Positions 1 to 9,433 of a stretch of 64,000 bases of DNA are shown here, in pieces. The stretch comes from an uncultured Actinomycetota bacterium (GTDB lineage Bacteria > Actinomycetota > Actinomycetes > JAHEKZ01). Below the pieces are notes generated by a model. It was not told the DNA's origin. It was given only the letters and a program-made list of their open reading frames with translations, and ran no database searches. Each line of letters begins with the position of its first letter. The stretch's first letter is position 1. A program made the translations under genes and the position numbers. Where the stretch lies: assembly GCA_963829525.1 (NCBI GenBank), contig CAWHIJ010000003.1, positions 1,120,001 to 1,184,000 on the forward strand. The letters run 5' to 3'.

Positions 1-941
1 TCCTTTCGGTGCTCGTTGCTGTGGTGCTGCTGATCGCGGTGCTGGTCCCGGCGATGGTCACCGTCGCCGGCCAGATCGGGGATCGACTCCCTGGCTGGAT
101 CTCGGGTGCGGAGAAGACATTCGGCATCACGATCGCGGATCCGGCAGGTTCGGGCAACCAGCTGAGTGACATGGTCAAGAAGTGGCTGCAGGACCATGGC
201 AGCGCTCTGCTTGGGGTCGCGGGAAGCACCGCGGGGCTGGCATTTCAGGTCCTGACGATCCTGACCTTCACCTTTTACTTCACAGTGGACGCGCCGGCTA
301 TCCGACGAGCGGTTCTCGGCCGCATCCCTCCGGAGCGCCAGGAGCGGCTCGGCTGGGCGTGGGACACCGCCATCCAGCAAACCGGCGGCTACTTCTACTC
401 GCGTTTGCTGCTGCTGGTCATCAACGCGTCCCTCTTCTTCTTCGTGATGATCGCTGTCGGGACACCCTGGCTCGTCGCCCTGCCGCTCGCGCTGTTCCAG
501 GGCTTTTTTGCAGAGTTCATACCGGTGGTCGGCACCTACATCGGTGTCGCTGTGCCCACGATCGTCGTGCTGGGCACGCAAGGGATCTGGCAGGCACTGA
601 TCCTCGTGGCCTGGACCTTGCTCTACCAGCAGGTCGAGAACTACTTCCTCAACCCGCGCCTGAGCGCGAAGACGATGGAGATCAACGGCGGGGTCGCGTT
701 CGGTGCCGCACTTGCGGGTGGCGCGGTGGCCGGGCCGATGGGTGCGTTCATGGCGATGCCTATGGCAGCCCTCATCACGTCGTTCGTGAAGCACTACGTG
801 CGACGCTACGAGGTCACGTTCCGCTCGGCGTACGACGGTGACCTCGATGTCCCAGCGAATCGCCAGGATCGCTGCACACAGGGGAGCGATCTCCAGGCTA
901 GGCAGCGCTCTGAGGTGGTTGCACGTCCCGACGTTCGGTGA
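1..941 (+). CDS. AI-2E family (PerM-like) transporter, 5' end outside the window
   Basis: Multi-TM ORF with FIPVVGTYIG, YQQVENYFLNPRL and GAFMAMPMAA motifs; the frame is open from the window edge. Confidence 0.85.
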   Translation, partial: LSVLVAVVLLIAVLVPAMVTVAGQIGDRLPGWISGAEKTFGITIADPAGSGNQLSDMVKKWLQDHGSALLGVAGSTAGLAFQVLTILTFTFYFTVDAPAIRRAVLGRIPPERQERLGWAWDTAIQQTGGYFYSRLLLLVINASLFFFVMIAVGTPWLVALPLALFQGFFAEFIPVVGTYIGVAVPTIVVLGTQGIWQALILVAWTLLYQQVENYFLNPRLSAKTMEINGGVAFGAALAGGAVAGPMGAFMAMPMAALITSFVKHYVRRYEVTFRSAYDGDLDVPANRQDRCTQGSDLQARQRSEVVARPDVR

Positions 942-964
942 CCGGGCGGCTATCGGCAAGGACA

Positions 965-1145
965 ACCCGCGGGCCCGGCATTGCTGCCGGTACACCGAGG
1001 GACATGTCTCGGCGCCCGCGGGTCGGGTGACTGCCTTGGACTCGCCGGCCGCCTCATGGCGCACCGGTGGGCCGTCAGTCGGCGGCTAGCTGGCAGCCAC
1101 CTCACGTGTCCTATGGCTTATCAAGCTTGGACCACCTCCCTTCTC
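965..1145 (-). ncRNA. Candidate structured RNA containing a 12-codon sORF (1124..1086, MISHRTREVAAS)
   Basis: Strong SD AGAAGGGAGGTGG before TTG. Downstream is a 10-bp outer stem (965-974/1014-1023) enclosing two hairpins, one closed by a GCAA tetraloop on the minus strand. Confidence 0.45.
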
Positions 1146-1430
1146 GTATCTGTCGACGGTACGACGCACCCGATCGAAGCGCTAGTCAGTTACCGGTTGG
1201 AGGACGCCGTGTCGGCCGCTTCCTGCTTGACGTCGGACTGCTGGATAGGTGCCACGCTGATGCAATGAGCAGCGGCGCCATTTGCGTTGTTGCTAGGCGA
1301 TACTGCCCCGACGCATCGCTCCAGGTCAGACCCCGACACGAGTTTGCGCATCACCTACGGGGGCGGGGGCACCTGTGCGCACATTTGTCTGAGTACTGGC
1401 GAGGCCGGAACCAGTTGTGGTGACCCGTCG

Positions 1431-3293
1431 CTAGACCAGTGAGTCAAGCCACGCCTGGTGCAGACCTGCGTAGCTGCCTTCGGTGTGCAAGAGCTCGGCA
1501 GGGCTTCCGCTCTCTTTGATCCGGCCTGCCTCGAGCACGACGACCCGGTCGGCGATCTCAACCGTCGAGAGACGGTGAGCGATGATGATCGCTGTCCGGT
1601 CGGCCAGGATCGTGCGCAGTGCGCGCTGCACCAGACGTTCGCTCGGGATATCTAACGACGAAGTCGCCTCGTCGAGGATCAGCACCGCCGGATCGGCAAG
1701 AAACGCCCTGGCGAACGCCACGAGCTGCCGCTGACCTGCGGACAGGCGCCCGCCGCGCTTGCCGACGTCGGTGTCGTAACCGTCCGGAAGAGCGGCGATG
1801 AAGTCATGCGCCCCGATAGCTCTCGCCGCATCCTCGACCGCCTGGTCCCCCGCCGAAGGGCGACCGAACCGGATGTTGCTGGCCACGGTGTCGGAGAAGA
1901 GGAAGTTCTCTTGGGTCACCATCACAACCGCCCGGCGCAGGTCCTCCTCGGCAAGATTGTGGAGGTCGACACCGTCCAGACGAACGGTGCCCGCCACTGG
2001 GTCGTAAAAGCGGGCCACCAGCCGTGCGACCGTCGTCTTGCCGGCACCGGTAGCGCCTACCAAGGCCACGGTCTGCCCAGCGGGAATGTGCAGGTTGAGG
2101 TCTGGCAGGACGTCGACCTCTTCGTAAGAGAACCGCACGTGGTTGAGATCGACGTCTCCACGGGCGCGGATGAGCGGCACGGGGTTGGTTGGCTCGGCCA
2201 CGGTCGAGGTCTCCTCGAGCACTCCCGACAGCTTCTCGAGGGCCGCTGTCGCCGACTGCAGGGAGTTGTAGAACATCGAGAGCTCCTGCATGGGCTCGAA
2301 GAACCGTCGGAGATAGAGCAGGAAGGCGGCGAGGACTCCGACCTCGACCTGCCCACCCATGACGCGGTAGCCGCCGTAGACCAGTACGACTGCGATCGTG
2401 ATGTTTCCGATGAGCTTGATCACCGGCGCGAATATCGCGACCAGCTTGAAGGCCCTCTCGTTGGCCCACCGGTATTCGTCGTTGAGCTGCTCGAAGATCT
2501 CCTGGTTGCGGCCCTCCCGGCGGAACGCCTGCACGGCGCGGATGCCGCCGAGCGACTCCACGAAGTGGACGATGACCAGGGCTACCGTCTCGCGGGTACG
2601 GCGGTAGGCGAGCGCGGAGTGATGGCGGAACCACCGCGAGATCATCAGGAGGAACGGGAAGCTGATCAGGGTGACCAGGCCCATTGGGAGGTCGAGGAAC
2701 AGCAGGATGGTCCCGACCGAGACCACGGAGAGCCCGGCAAGCACCAGGTCGTCGATGCCACCGTCAAGCAGCTCGCCAAGCGCGTCCACGTCACTCGTGA
2801 GCCGTGAGATGACGCGTCCGGAGGTGTACTTCTCGTGAAAGGCGGGGGACAGCCGCTGGAAGTGGTCGTACACCCGCGTCCGCAGGTCGTAGAGCACCGC
2901 CTGACCGATCCGACCGCTCGCCATGAGGAAGGCTCGCTTGGCGAGGTACTCGGTCATGGCCGCCACGACGAAGGCGATCGTGACCGTGATGAGGATGGTT
3001 GGGTCGTTGTCCTCGGCGATCGGAGCGATGCCGTTGTCGATGCCGACGGCCACTAGATATGGTCCCGCCATCGCCGCAGCGTTCTGTAGCAGGAGCAAGC
3101 CGATTGCGATCCACATCGGGCGTCGGTGTGGCTGCAGCAGACTCCTCAGCAGCCGACGGCTCCGCCCCCGCAACGCCTGCGTGACCTCGACGGTCAGATC
3201 GTCGTCGGAGGCGTCTAGGGCCACGCCACGCCAGCTGTGGCCCTCTGGGAGCTCGGAGTCGGTGAGCCGGTCAGACTCGATGGGTGTCGTCAT
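1431..3293 (-). CDS. ABC exporter, fused permease/ATPase (heterodimer partner 2)
   Basis: TM domain plus GATGAGKTT, LSAGQRQL and ILDEATS. Confidence 0.93.
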   Translation of the reverse strand: MTTPIESDRLTDSELPEGHSWRGVALDASDDDLTVEVTQALRGRSRRLLRSLLQPHRRPMWIAIGLLLLQNAAAMAGPYLVAVGIDNGIAPIAEDNDPTILITVTIAFVVAAMTEYLAKRAFLMASGRIGQAVLYDLRTRVYDHFQRLSPAFHEKYTSGRVISRLTSDVDALGELLDGGIDDLVLAGLSVVSVGTILLFLDLPMGLVTLISFPFLLMISRWFRHHSALAYRRTRETVALVIVHFVESLGGIRAVQAFRREGRNQEIFEQLNDEYRWANERAFKLVAIFAPVIKLIGNITIAVVLVYGGYRVMGGQVEVGVLAAFLLYLRRFFEPMQELSMFYNSLQSATAALEKLSGVLEETSTVAEPTNPVPLIRARGDVDLNHVRFSYEEVDVLPDLNLHIPAGQTVALVGATGAGKTTVARLVARFYDPVAGTVRLDGVDLHNLAEEDLRRAVVMVTQENFLFSDTVASNIRFGRPSAGDQAVEDAARAIGAHDFIAALPDGYDTDVGKRGGRLSAGQRQLVAFARAFLADPAVLILDEATSSLDIPSERLVQRALRTILADRTAIIIAHRLSTVEIADRVVVLEAGRIKESGSPAELLHTEGSYAGLHQAWLDSLV

Positions 3294-5059
3294 GAGGCCG
3301 CCGCACCCTCGGCCGTCTGTGACAGGACAGCCCGGTATGAGGGTTCTGACCTCATCAGGTCGGCATGGGTCCCTACCGCCCGGATGCTCCCTGCTTCGAG
3401 CAGCGCGACTCGGTCGGCGAGGGCCACCGTCGAGGGACGGTGCACCACCAGCAGCGTCGTGGTGTCGGTGAGGACGCGGCGCAGCGCCCGCTCGACCAGC
3501 GACTCGGTGTGGACATCCAGTGCGGACAGCGGGTCGTCGAGGACCAGCACGGCTGGCTTGCTGATGACTGCCCTGGCCAAAGCCAGGCGCTGCCGCTGCC
3601 CCCCCGACAGCGACATGCCCTGCTCGCCGATCCGGGTGTCGAGACCCCAGGGAAGGTCGTACACGAACCCAGCCTGGGCCAGGCTGAGCGCCTGTTCGAC
3701 CTCGTCGAGAGTCGCGTCCGGGTAGCCGAGGGTCAGGTTCTCCCGGACGCTGGCAGAGAAGAGCGTGGTGTCCTCGAATGCGGTGGCGACCATTTGTCGG
3801 AGCGACGAGAGCTCGATATCTCTGACGTCGACGCCGTCGAGCATGACGCGCCCGGCTGTCACGTCGTACAGACGCGGTACGAGCGAGGTGAGGGTGGTCT
3901 TGCCACTTCCTGTGACGCCGACAATGGCAAGCGTCTCGCCAGGAGCAACGTCGAGATCGAGGTGTCGCAGCACCAGGGGAGAACCGTCGCCGTAGGAGAA
4001 GGAGACCGCTTCAAACCGGAGCCGTCCATTCGGCACGGAGAGAACCACGGCCCCTGGCCGGTCGGAGATCTCCGGCACGGTGTCGAACACCTCGTAAATG
4101 CGATCGGCTGCGGTCATCGCCTCCTGTCCGTTCGCGAGGATCCAGCCCAGGGCGTTCACGGGCCAGACCAGCATCAGCATCAGCGAAACGAAGGCGACCA
4201 GGTCGCCCAGCGTCATGAGGCCCTCGGCGACTGCGAGGGCACCGAAGAGCAGCGTTGCGCCCAACGTCAGGCTCGGGATGAGGTCGAGCAGAGACCAGAA
4301 GCGTGCGACGAGGACGGATTTGTGTACTGCCGAGTCGTGCAGAACACGAGCGCTGCCGCGGAAGGTCTCGCCAACGTGCTGCCTTCGACCGAACGATCGA
4401 ATCATCCGGACGCCAACAGCCGACTCCTCGACGAACGTCGCCAGGTCGCCCTGCTGGTCCTGCACCAGTCGTGCCGCACTGAGATAGGCGCGGCTGAGCC
4501 CCCGTGAGATGAGGAGTAGCGGAATGGCCGACACCGCCACCATGACGCCGAGGGGGAGGTAGAGGTGGATCAGGAGCGCCACGACCACGACGAAGGTGGC
4601 CACGTTGACGACCAGGAACACCAGGCCGAAGGAGAGGAAACGCCTGATGATCGACAGGTCGGTGGTGGCTCGGGACAGCAGCTGGCCCACCTGCCAGCGG
4701 TCGTGGAATGACACCGACAGGCCCTGCAGGTGAGCGTAGAGGTCGTTGCGTACCGCTGTCTCGACCCCCAGGGCGGCGTACGACTGCACCCAGCGACGGA
4801 TGAAAATGAGCAAGGCCTCGAGCACCCCGAGGAAGAGAGCCAACAAGCCGAGGGGCACGAGTCCGGCCCGGTCGCCGTCGGCGATGGGCCCGTCAACGAC
4901 GGATCGAATAATCAGGGGCACCATGATGCTCACGCCGACCGCAAGGGCAGCGGCGACTGTCATCAGCACCATCTGGCCCGTGTACGGGCGCACGTAGACC
5001 CGGATTCGCCAAAGGGAGTGCAGGCTGGACCAGCGGCCGTGAAGGGAGAGGAGCATCAC
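3290..5059 (-). CDS. ABC exporter, fused permease/ATPase (heterodimer partner 1, degenerate Walker B)
   Basis: GVTGSGKTT, LSGGQRQR, VLDDPLS; 4-bp overlap with the next gene. Start uncertain. Confidence 0.92.
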   Translation of the reverse strand: MMLLSLHGRWSSLHSLWRIRVYVRPYTGQMVLMTVAAALAVGVSIMVPLIIRSVVDGPIADGDRAGLVPLGLLALFLGVLEALLIFIRRWVQSYAALGVETAVRNDLYAHLQGLSVSFHDRWQVGQLLSRATTDLSIIRRFLSFGLVFLVVNVATFVVVVALLIHLYLPLGVMVAVSAIPLLLISRGLSRAYLSAARLVQDQQGDLATFVEESAVGVRMIRSFGRRQHVGETFRGSARVLHDSAVHKSVLVARFWSLLDLIPSLTLGATLLFGALAVAEGLMTLGDLVAFVSLMLMLVWPVNALGWILANGQEAMTAADRIYEVFDTVPEISDRPGAVVLSVPNGRLRFEAVSFSYGDGSPLVLRHLDLDVAPGETLAIVGVTGSGKTTLTSLVPRLYDVTAGRVMLDGVDVRDIELSSLRQMVATAFEDTTLFSASVRENLTLGYPDATLDEVEQALSLAQAGFVYDLPWGLDTRIGEQGMSLSGGQRQRLALARAVISKPAVLVLDDPLSALDVHTESLVERALRRVLTDTTTLLVVHRPSTVALADRVALLEAGSIRAVGTHADLMRSEPSYRAVLSQTAEGAAAS

Positions 5060-5096
5060 CTCACACGGTATGCCCCTGGGTCAGAATCCACCGTCG

Positions 5097-5363
5097 CTAT
5101 TTGTAGCGATGGTTCTTCTCCGCGTGGCCAGCGGGGCGACTACATTTCTTGCCCCCCATGTTGCGGTGACCGCAAAGCGGTTCGGTCGCGATTGTCGATG
5201 GCGTTTTGGCCGCTGACGGCTTAGTGGCCTGTGCCTTCTCGGGTTCGCAGGAGGGCGTTTGTTTCGCCTCTGCCGCTCGCTTGGGAAGCCGCTCGGTCTC
5301 GGCCGCGTTACGACGCGCGAAGTTGGCTTCTCTCAATGCCCGCTGGGCGTCGCTCTTGCTCAC
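5097..5363 (-). CDS. Small basic protein with C-terminal Cys/His cluster
   Basis: 88 aa: helical N-terminus, Ala/Pro/Lys linker, then LCGHRNMGGKKCSRPAGHAEKNHRY. Confidence 0.7.
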   Translation of the reverse strand: MSKSDAQRALREANFARRNAAETERLPKRAAEAKQTPSCEPEKAQATKPSAAKTPSTIATEPLCGHRNMGGKKCSRPAGHAEKNHRYK

Positions 5364-5484
5364 CCGCCCAGCCTAAGCCACTGCGCTCGTACAAGTGCCA
5401 AGGCGACCGTGGTGGGGACGTGGTCCGAGAATGACCAAACCGACCAAGATCTGGCGCTCGCGCTCGATTTCTGTCCGTCACTGA

Positions 5485-5509
5485 GATTGACTCTCAGTGC
5501 CATGGGTAG
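5485..5509 (+). promoter_or_regulatory. SigF/SigB-type promoter upstream of the DinB gene, overlapped by an 8-bp inverted repeat (5479-5499)
   Basis: GATT-N15-GGGTAG; CACTGAGA-N5-TCTCAGTG. Confidence 0.45.
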
Positions 5510-5542
5510 GTGTCACCACGTCACTGACTGAAGGAGTGCCCA

Positions 5543-6304
5543 ATGCAGGACCCGACCGATGGCGTCGCGCCAGAGACGATCTATTCCGGCACGAAAGAGT
5601 TCGAAGGTGCGACGTTCGTCAAGGCAAGTTTCAAGGGCGCCACACTGCGATTCTCCGATGTCAGCGATGTGACGATGCGTAGCGTCGATGTGGATGGCCT
5701 CGACATCGACAGCCACGACCTGTTCTTCGGCAGCCTCTTCGTCAACGGGGTCGACGTTGTGCCGCTTGTGGACGCCGAGCTCAACCGGCAGTTCCCCGGC
5801 CGGGAGTTACAGAAGGCGCAGACGCCCGAGGGCCTGCGCGAGGGTTGGGTAGCTGTGCAGTCAGCTTGGCTGACAACGGTGGCGGGTACGCCGCCGGACC
5901 TACAGGATGCCCACGTTAGGGACGAGTGGTCCTTGGCCCAGACCCTGCGGCACCTCATCCTGGCGACCGACGCCTGGCTCCGCGGCGGGATCCTGCGGAT
6001 GCAGCAGCCGTTCCACGAGATCGGCCAGATCTTTACCGGTGCCGGCGACATGGGTTTTGACATGTCGATCTTCCGCGCGGACCCGCCCGCCTATGAGGAG
6101 ATCCTCGCGGTGCGTGCCGAGCGACAGCGAATGGTGACCGACTTCTTGGGCACGGCCACGCCGGAGCTGCTCGCCGAAGAACGTGACAACCCGTGGGGTG
6201 GCGATGACTGGCATCCCAGCGTCGGTGACTGCATTCGCGTGATCCTGGAGGAGGAGTGGGCGCACCTGCGTTACATCCAACGGGATTTGGCCCGTCTGCG
6301 TTGA
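5543..6304 (+). CDS. DinB family protein with N-terminal pentapeptide repeats
   Basis: FEGATFVKASFKGATLRF repeats, EWSLAQTLRHL and EEWAHLRY motifs; SD AAGGAG. Confidence 0.85.
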   Translation: MQDPTDGVAPETIYSGTKEFEGATFVKASFKGATLRFSDVSDVTMRSVDVDGLDIDSHDLFFGSLFVNGVDVVPLVDAELNRQFPGRELQKAQTPEGLREGWVAVQSAWLTTVAGTPPDLQDAHVRDEWSLAQTLRHLILATDAWLRGGILRMQQPFHEIGQIFTGAGDMGFDMSIFRADPPAYEEILAVRAERQRMVTDFLGTATPELLAEERDNPWGGDDWHPSVGDCIRVILEEEWAHLRYIQRDLARLR

Positions 6305-6314
6305 GCCACAAGTT

Positions 6315-7781
6315 TCAGCGACTCCGGCTCACTGCAGAGGCAGTCCCGTCGTTGGTGGCAAAGGCAGCGCGGAACGCGGCGAAGTCGCGTTCGTTCTGCT
6401 CCGCGTACGCGGTTGCGAAGGTGACCATCGCATCCTCGAACGCACGGCCCTTGCCGACGTAGCCCTGGATCGCGACGGAGTCGCCGGAGCGAGCGTGCGC
6501 CCGCGCGAGCGACGTCGCGCACATCCGGGCGTACGCCGCCAAGGCGCCTGCGGACATGCGCATGAGGTCGACCGAGCCCTTGGCGTCACGGAACTGCCTG
6601 ACGTAGTAGCTCGTGCCATCCTGCGCCGTCAAGGTACCCAGGAAGAGGTCCGAAGCGGCCTGGATGAGCCGTTGCCCGGCCACTACTCGGGCACCGGGTG
6701 AACGGTACCGGCTGCGGGGCAGTGGTCCTTCAAACACCGAGCGGCTCGCCTGCTTCACCTGGAGGATGAAAGGGTCACCGATTCGGCGTCCCCGCAGCAG
6801 CACGATGTAGCACTCGGTTCCGACGCTGCCCACGCCCACGACCTTGCGCGCGACGTCGAGCACCTCATAACGACCGATCAGCACCTTGAGGTGCTGATCG
6901 AGGGACCGACGGTACTTCTCGACGATCTGCTCGATCTCACGGCCGAGCGCACCGGTGGCGTCCTGAGGAAGGTCGGTGAGCCGAACCAGCAAGGGAGGGT
7001 CATTCCGGAACTGCTGCATCTCGCCGTCGACCTCGACGAGCCGCGAGTGCGCCCGTACCGAGGTATTCCGCCGGGCGCGCGTGGCCGTGGCCTTCGCGAG
7101 GGACGCAACATGAGGGTCGTGGCTGACCAACTGCCGGAGCTCGTCGACTCGGTGTCGGGAGTACCAGACCTCGAGGTCGGTCATGCCGGCGAAGCTCTGC
7201 ATCGCGGTGCGATACGAGGCCACGGACGCGCGTACGGAGGCCTCCCCGCTGGCCCCGCTGAGATTGAGGTGCCTGGCCGCGGTAAGGATGCTAGCGGCGA
7301 GGCGCTTGACGTCGAACTCCCACGGACCCGGTAGGGTCTCGTCGAAGTCGTTGACGTCGAAGACGAGCTCGCGGCTCGGCGCGGCGTAGACGCCGAAGTT
7401 CGCGAGGTGGGCGTCGCCGCACAGTTGTGCGAACAGGTCGGTGTGCGGGGCGTGGCTCAGGTCCCAGGCCATCAGTGCAGCCGAGCCCCGGAAGAAAGAG
7501 AACTCATCCTGGAGCATGCGTTCGTGACGCAGTGGCACCAGGTCACTGAGCCGGTTCTCCTCGTCCTCCTGCAGGAGGACGACCGGATCAGGGCGGTCCT
7601 TGGCCGGAGTGAACTCGCCCTGCGCCGAGCGGGGGACGTCCACGCGTTTGGACCGACCGATCAGCGCTCGTTCGCCAACGCTCACCGTCGCGTGACCCAG
7701 TGGGCTCGCAACCCTACGCTCGTGCTTCATCGCTACCACTTTCGGTGATTCGCGCCTGCTCTCCTCGGGCCCGCTGCTCAC
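6315..7781 (-). CDS. DUF2252 domain protein
   Basis: FSFFRGSA, CGDAHLANFG, FDVNDFDET, KVVGVGSVG, YYVRQFRDAK. Start uncertain. Confidence 0.88.
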   Translation of the reverse strand: MSSGPEESRRESPKVVAMKHERRVASPLGHATVSVGERALIGRSKRVDVPRSAQGEFTPAKDRPDPVVLLQEDEENRLSDLVPLRHERMLQDEFSFFRGSAALMAWDLSHAPHTDLFAQLCGDAHLANFGVYAAPSRELVFDVNDFDETLPGPWEFDVKRLAASILTAARHLNLSGASGEASVRASVASYRTAMQSFAGMTDLEVWYSRHRVDELRQLVSHDPHVASLAKATATRARRNTSVRAHSRLVEVDGEMQQFRNDPPLLVRLTDLPQDATGALGREIEQIVEKYRRSLDQHLKVLIGRYEVLDVARKVVGVGSVGTECYIVLLRGRRIGDPFILQVKQASRSVFEGPLPRSRYRSPGARVVAGQRLIQAASDLFLGTLTAQDGTSYYVRQFRDAKGSVDLMRMSAGALAAYARMCATSLARAHARSGDSVAIQGYVGKGRAFEDAMVTFATAYAEQNERDFAAFRAAFATNDGTASAVSRSR

Positions 7782-8038
7782 GTGGCCCTCCGGTCTACTT
7801 CCGGATTCTGACGTGCGGAATTCCTTGTGGGAAACCGGCTGGACCTTGCCGCGATCGATTGGGATCGGGGCGGATCAAGTCTAAGGGGCGGGATCTGGCG
7901 CTGGTTCCCCGGAAGGCACCGTGGGCGACTGGTCGGATCAATGTCGTTCAACTCCAGGGGCCGGGCCCCTCGCCTAGGATCGGCAGATGGCCGCATTCCC
8001 GTATCAGGCAAACAGTGTCGTGGTGGAGGGAGACGCAG

Positions 8039-9322
8039 ATGTCGCAGAAGACTGTCGCATTCTTTCCTGAGCCGGGGGCTTGGGGTCCCACGAACAACTT
8101 GGTAGCGATCGCTGAGACGCTTCGTGCGCGTGGGACGCGTTGTGTCTTCGTGATTGAGGAGTCTTTCGAAGGCAAGTTGACTGAGAAGGGGTTCGACGAG
8201 GCACCGATGCGACTGGGTCCAGCACCGGAGACGCCCGAGGCGGTGGGGGAGGGGTGGGCGGAGTTCATCCGAGCGACGGCTCCGGAGTTCCGGAAGCCCA
8301 CGATTGAGCAGCTCGCCACTGTGATCAAACCGATCTGGGAGGAGCTCGTCGGTGGGGGCAAGTACGCCCACGGGCGTCTGATGGAGATCTGGGCTGAGCA
8401 CCGCCCGGACGTGATCGTCTCCGACAACGTGGTGGGGTTCGCGGCGGTGCCGCTGGCGGGAGTGCCGTGGGTTCGGATGGTGTCTGCGAACCCACTGGAG
8501 ATGGAAGACCCCGACCTGCCACCACCGTTCTCGGGTCTGCCCACAAACGACCGAACGGGATGGGCGGAGTTCACCGCGGAGTTCCGGCGTCTGCACGACC
8601 CGTTGATCGCTGAGCTCAGCGACTTCAACGTGTTGGTGGGCGCCGACTCTTTGCCCGAGGGCCACTTCCAGTACAACTCGCCCTACGCCAACCTGTACCT
8701 GTTCCCGGAGGTGATGGACTACCCGCGGTCGATCCCTCTGGACTCCACGTGGAGCCGGCTCGACACCACGGTTCGCACCGGCGAGGAGTCGTTCGACGTC
8801 GACTCGGTGCTGCCGGGAGAGGGCAAGGTTGTTTACCTGTCGATGGGAAGCCTGGGCTGCAACGATCTGGAGCTGATGCAGCGACTGATCGATGCCCTCG
8901 ACCAGACCGAGCACCGGGTGATCGTGAGCATGGGCCCGCTCGGTGACCAGATGGAGCTTGGTGAACGGATGTGGGGCGATGAGTTCCTGCCGCAACCGTC
9001 GATCCTGCCGCAGTGCGACCTGCTGATCACCCACGGCGGCAACAACACCGTGACCGAAGGGTTCAACTTCGGACTACCGATGATCGTGCTGCCCCTGTTC
9101 TGGGACCAGTACGACAACGCGCAGCGGGTGCAGGAACTCGGCTTCGGACGGCGCCTCGCAACGTACGGAGCATCGCAGGACGAGACCGTCACCGCTGTCG
9201 ACGAGCTCCTCGCCGACAGCGCCCTCAAAGCCCGCATGGCGGACATCTCCCGCCAGCTGCAGGCCGCCCCCGCCCAGGAACGGGCGGCAGATGTCGTCGA
9301 GCAGCTGGCCGACGGCACGTAA
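8039..9322 (+). CDS. GT1 (UGT/MGT-like) glycosyltransferase
   Basis: YLSMGSLG, FLPQPSILPQCDLLITHGGNNT...LPLFWDQYDNAQR; SD GGAGGGAG before ATG 8039. Confidence 0.88.
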   Translation: MSQKTVAFFPEPGAWGPTNNLVAIAETLRARGTRCVFVIEESFEGKLTEKGFDEAPMRLGPAPETPEAVGEGWAEFIRATAPEFRKPTIEQLATVIKPIWEELVGGGKYAHGRLMEIWAEHRPDVIVSDNVVGFAAVPLAGVPWVRMVSANPLEMEDPDLPPPFSGLPTNDRTGWAEFTAEFRRLHDPLIAELSDFNVLVGADSLPEGHFQYNSPYANLYLFPEVMDYPRSIPLDSTWSRLDTTVRTGEESFDVDSVLPGEGKVVYLSMGSLGCNDLELMQRLIDALDQTEHRVIVSMGPLGDQMELGERMWGDEFLPQPSILPQCDLLITHGGNNTVTEGFNFGLPMIVLPLFWDQYDNAQRVQELGFGRRLATYGASQDETVTAVDELLADSALKARMADISRQLQAAPAQERAADVVEQLADGT

Positions 9323-9433
9323 CTACCTAAGAGAGTCCGGTGGACGCGTGACAGCGCGTGGAGTCGGCCGGACTTCTGAACGTCATTGCCCCGGCGGTGC
9401 GCAGGGCCCGAACCGATCCCCCGGTCGGGTGGC

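Noticed and set aside
7700-8038. Long N-terminal extensions in the ORF track (also at 44372, 50462, 57886 and 60129)
   Set aside because: Better SD-linked or overlap-coupled starts lie downstream, where recognisable homology begins.
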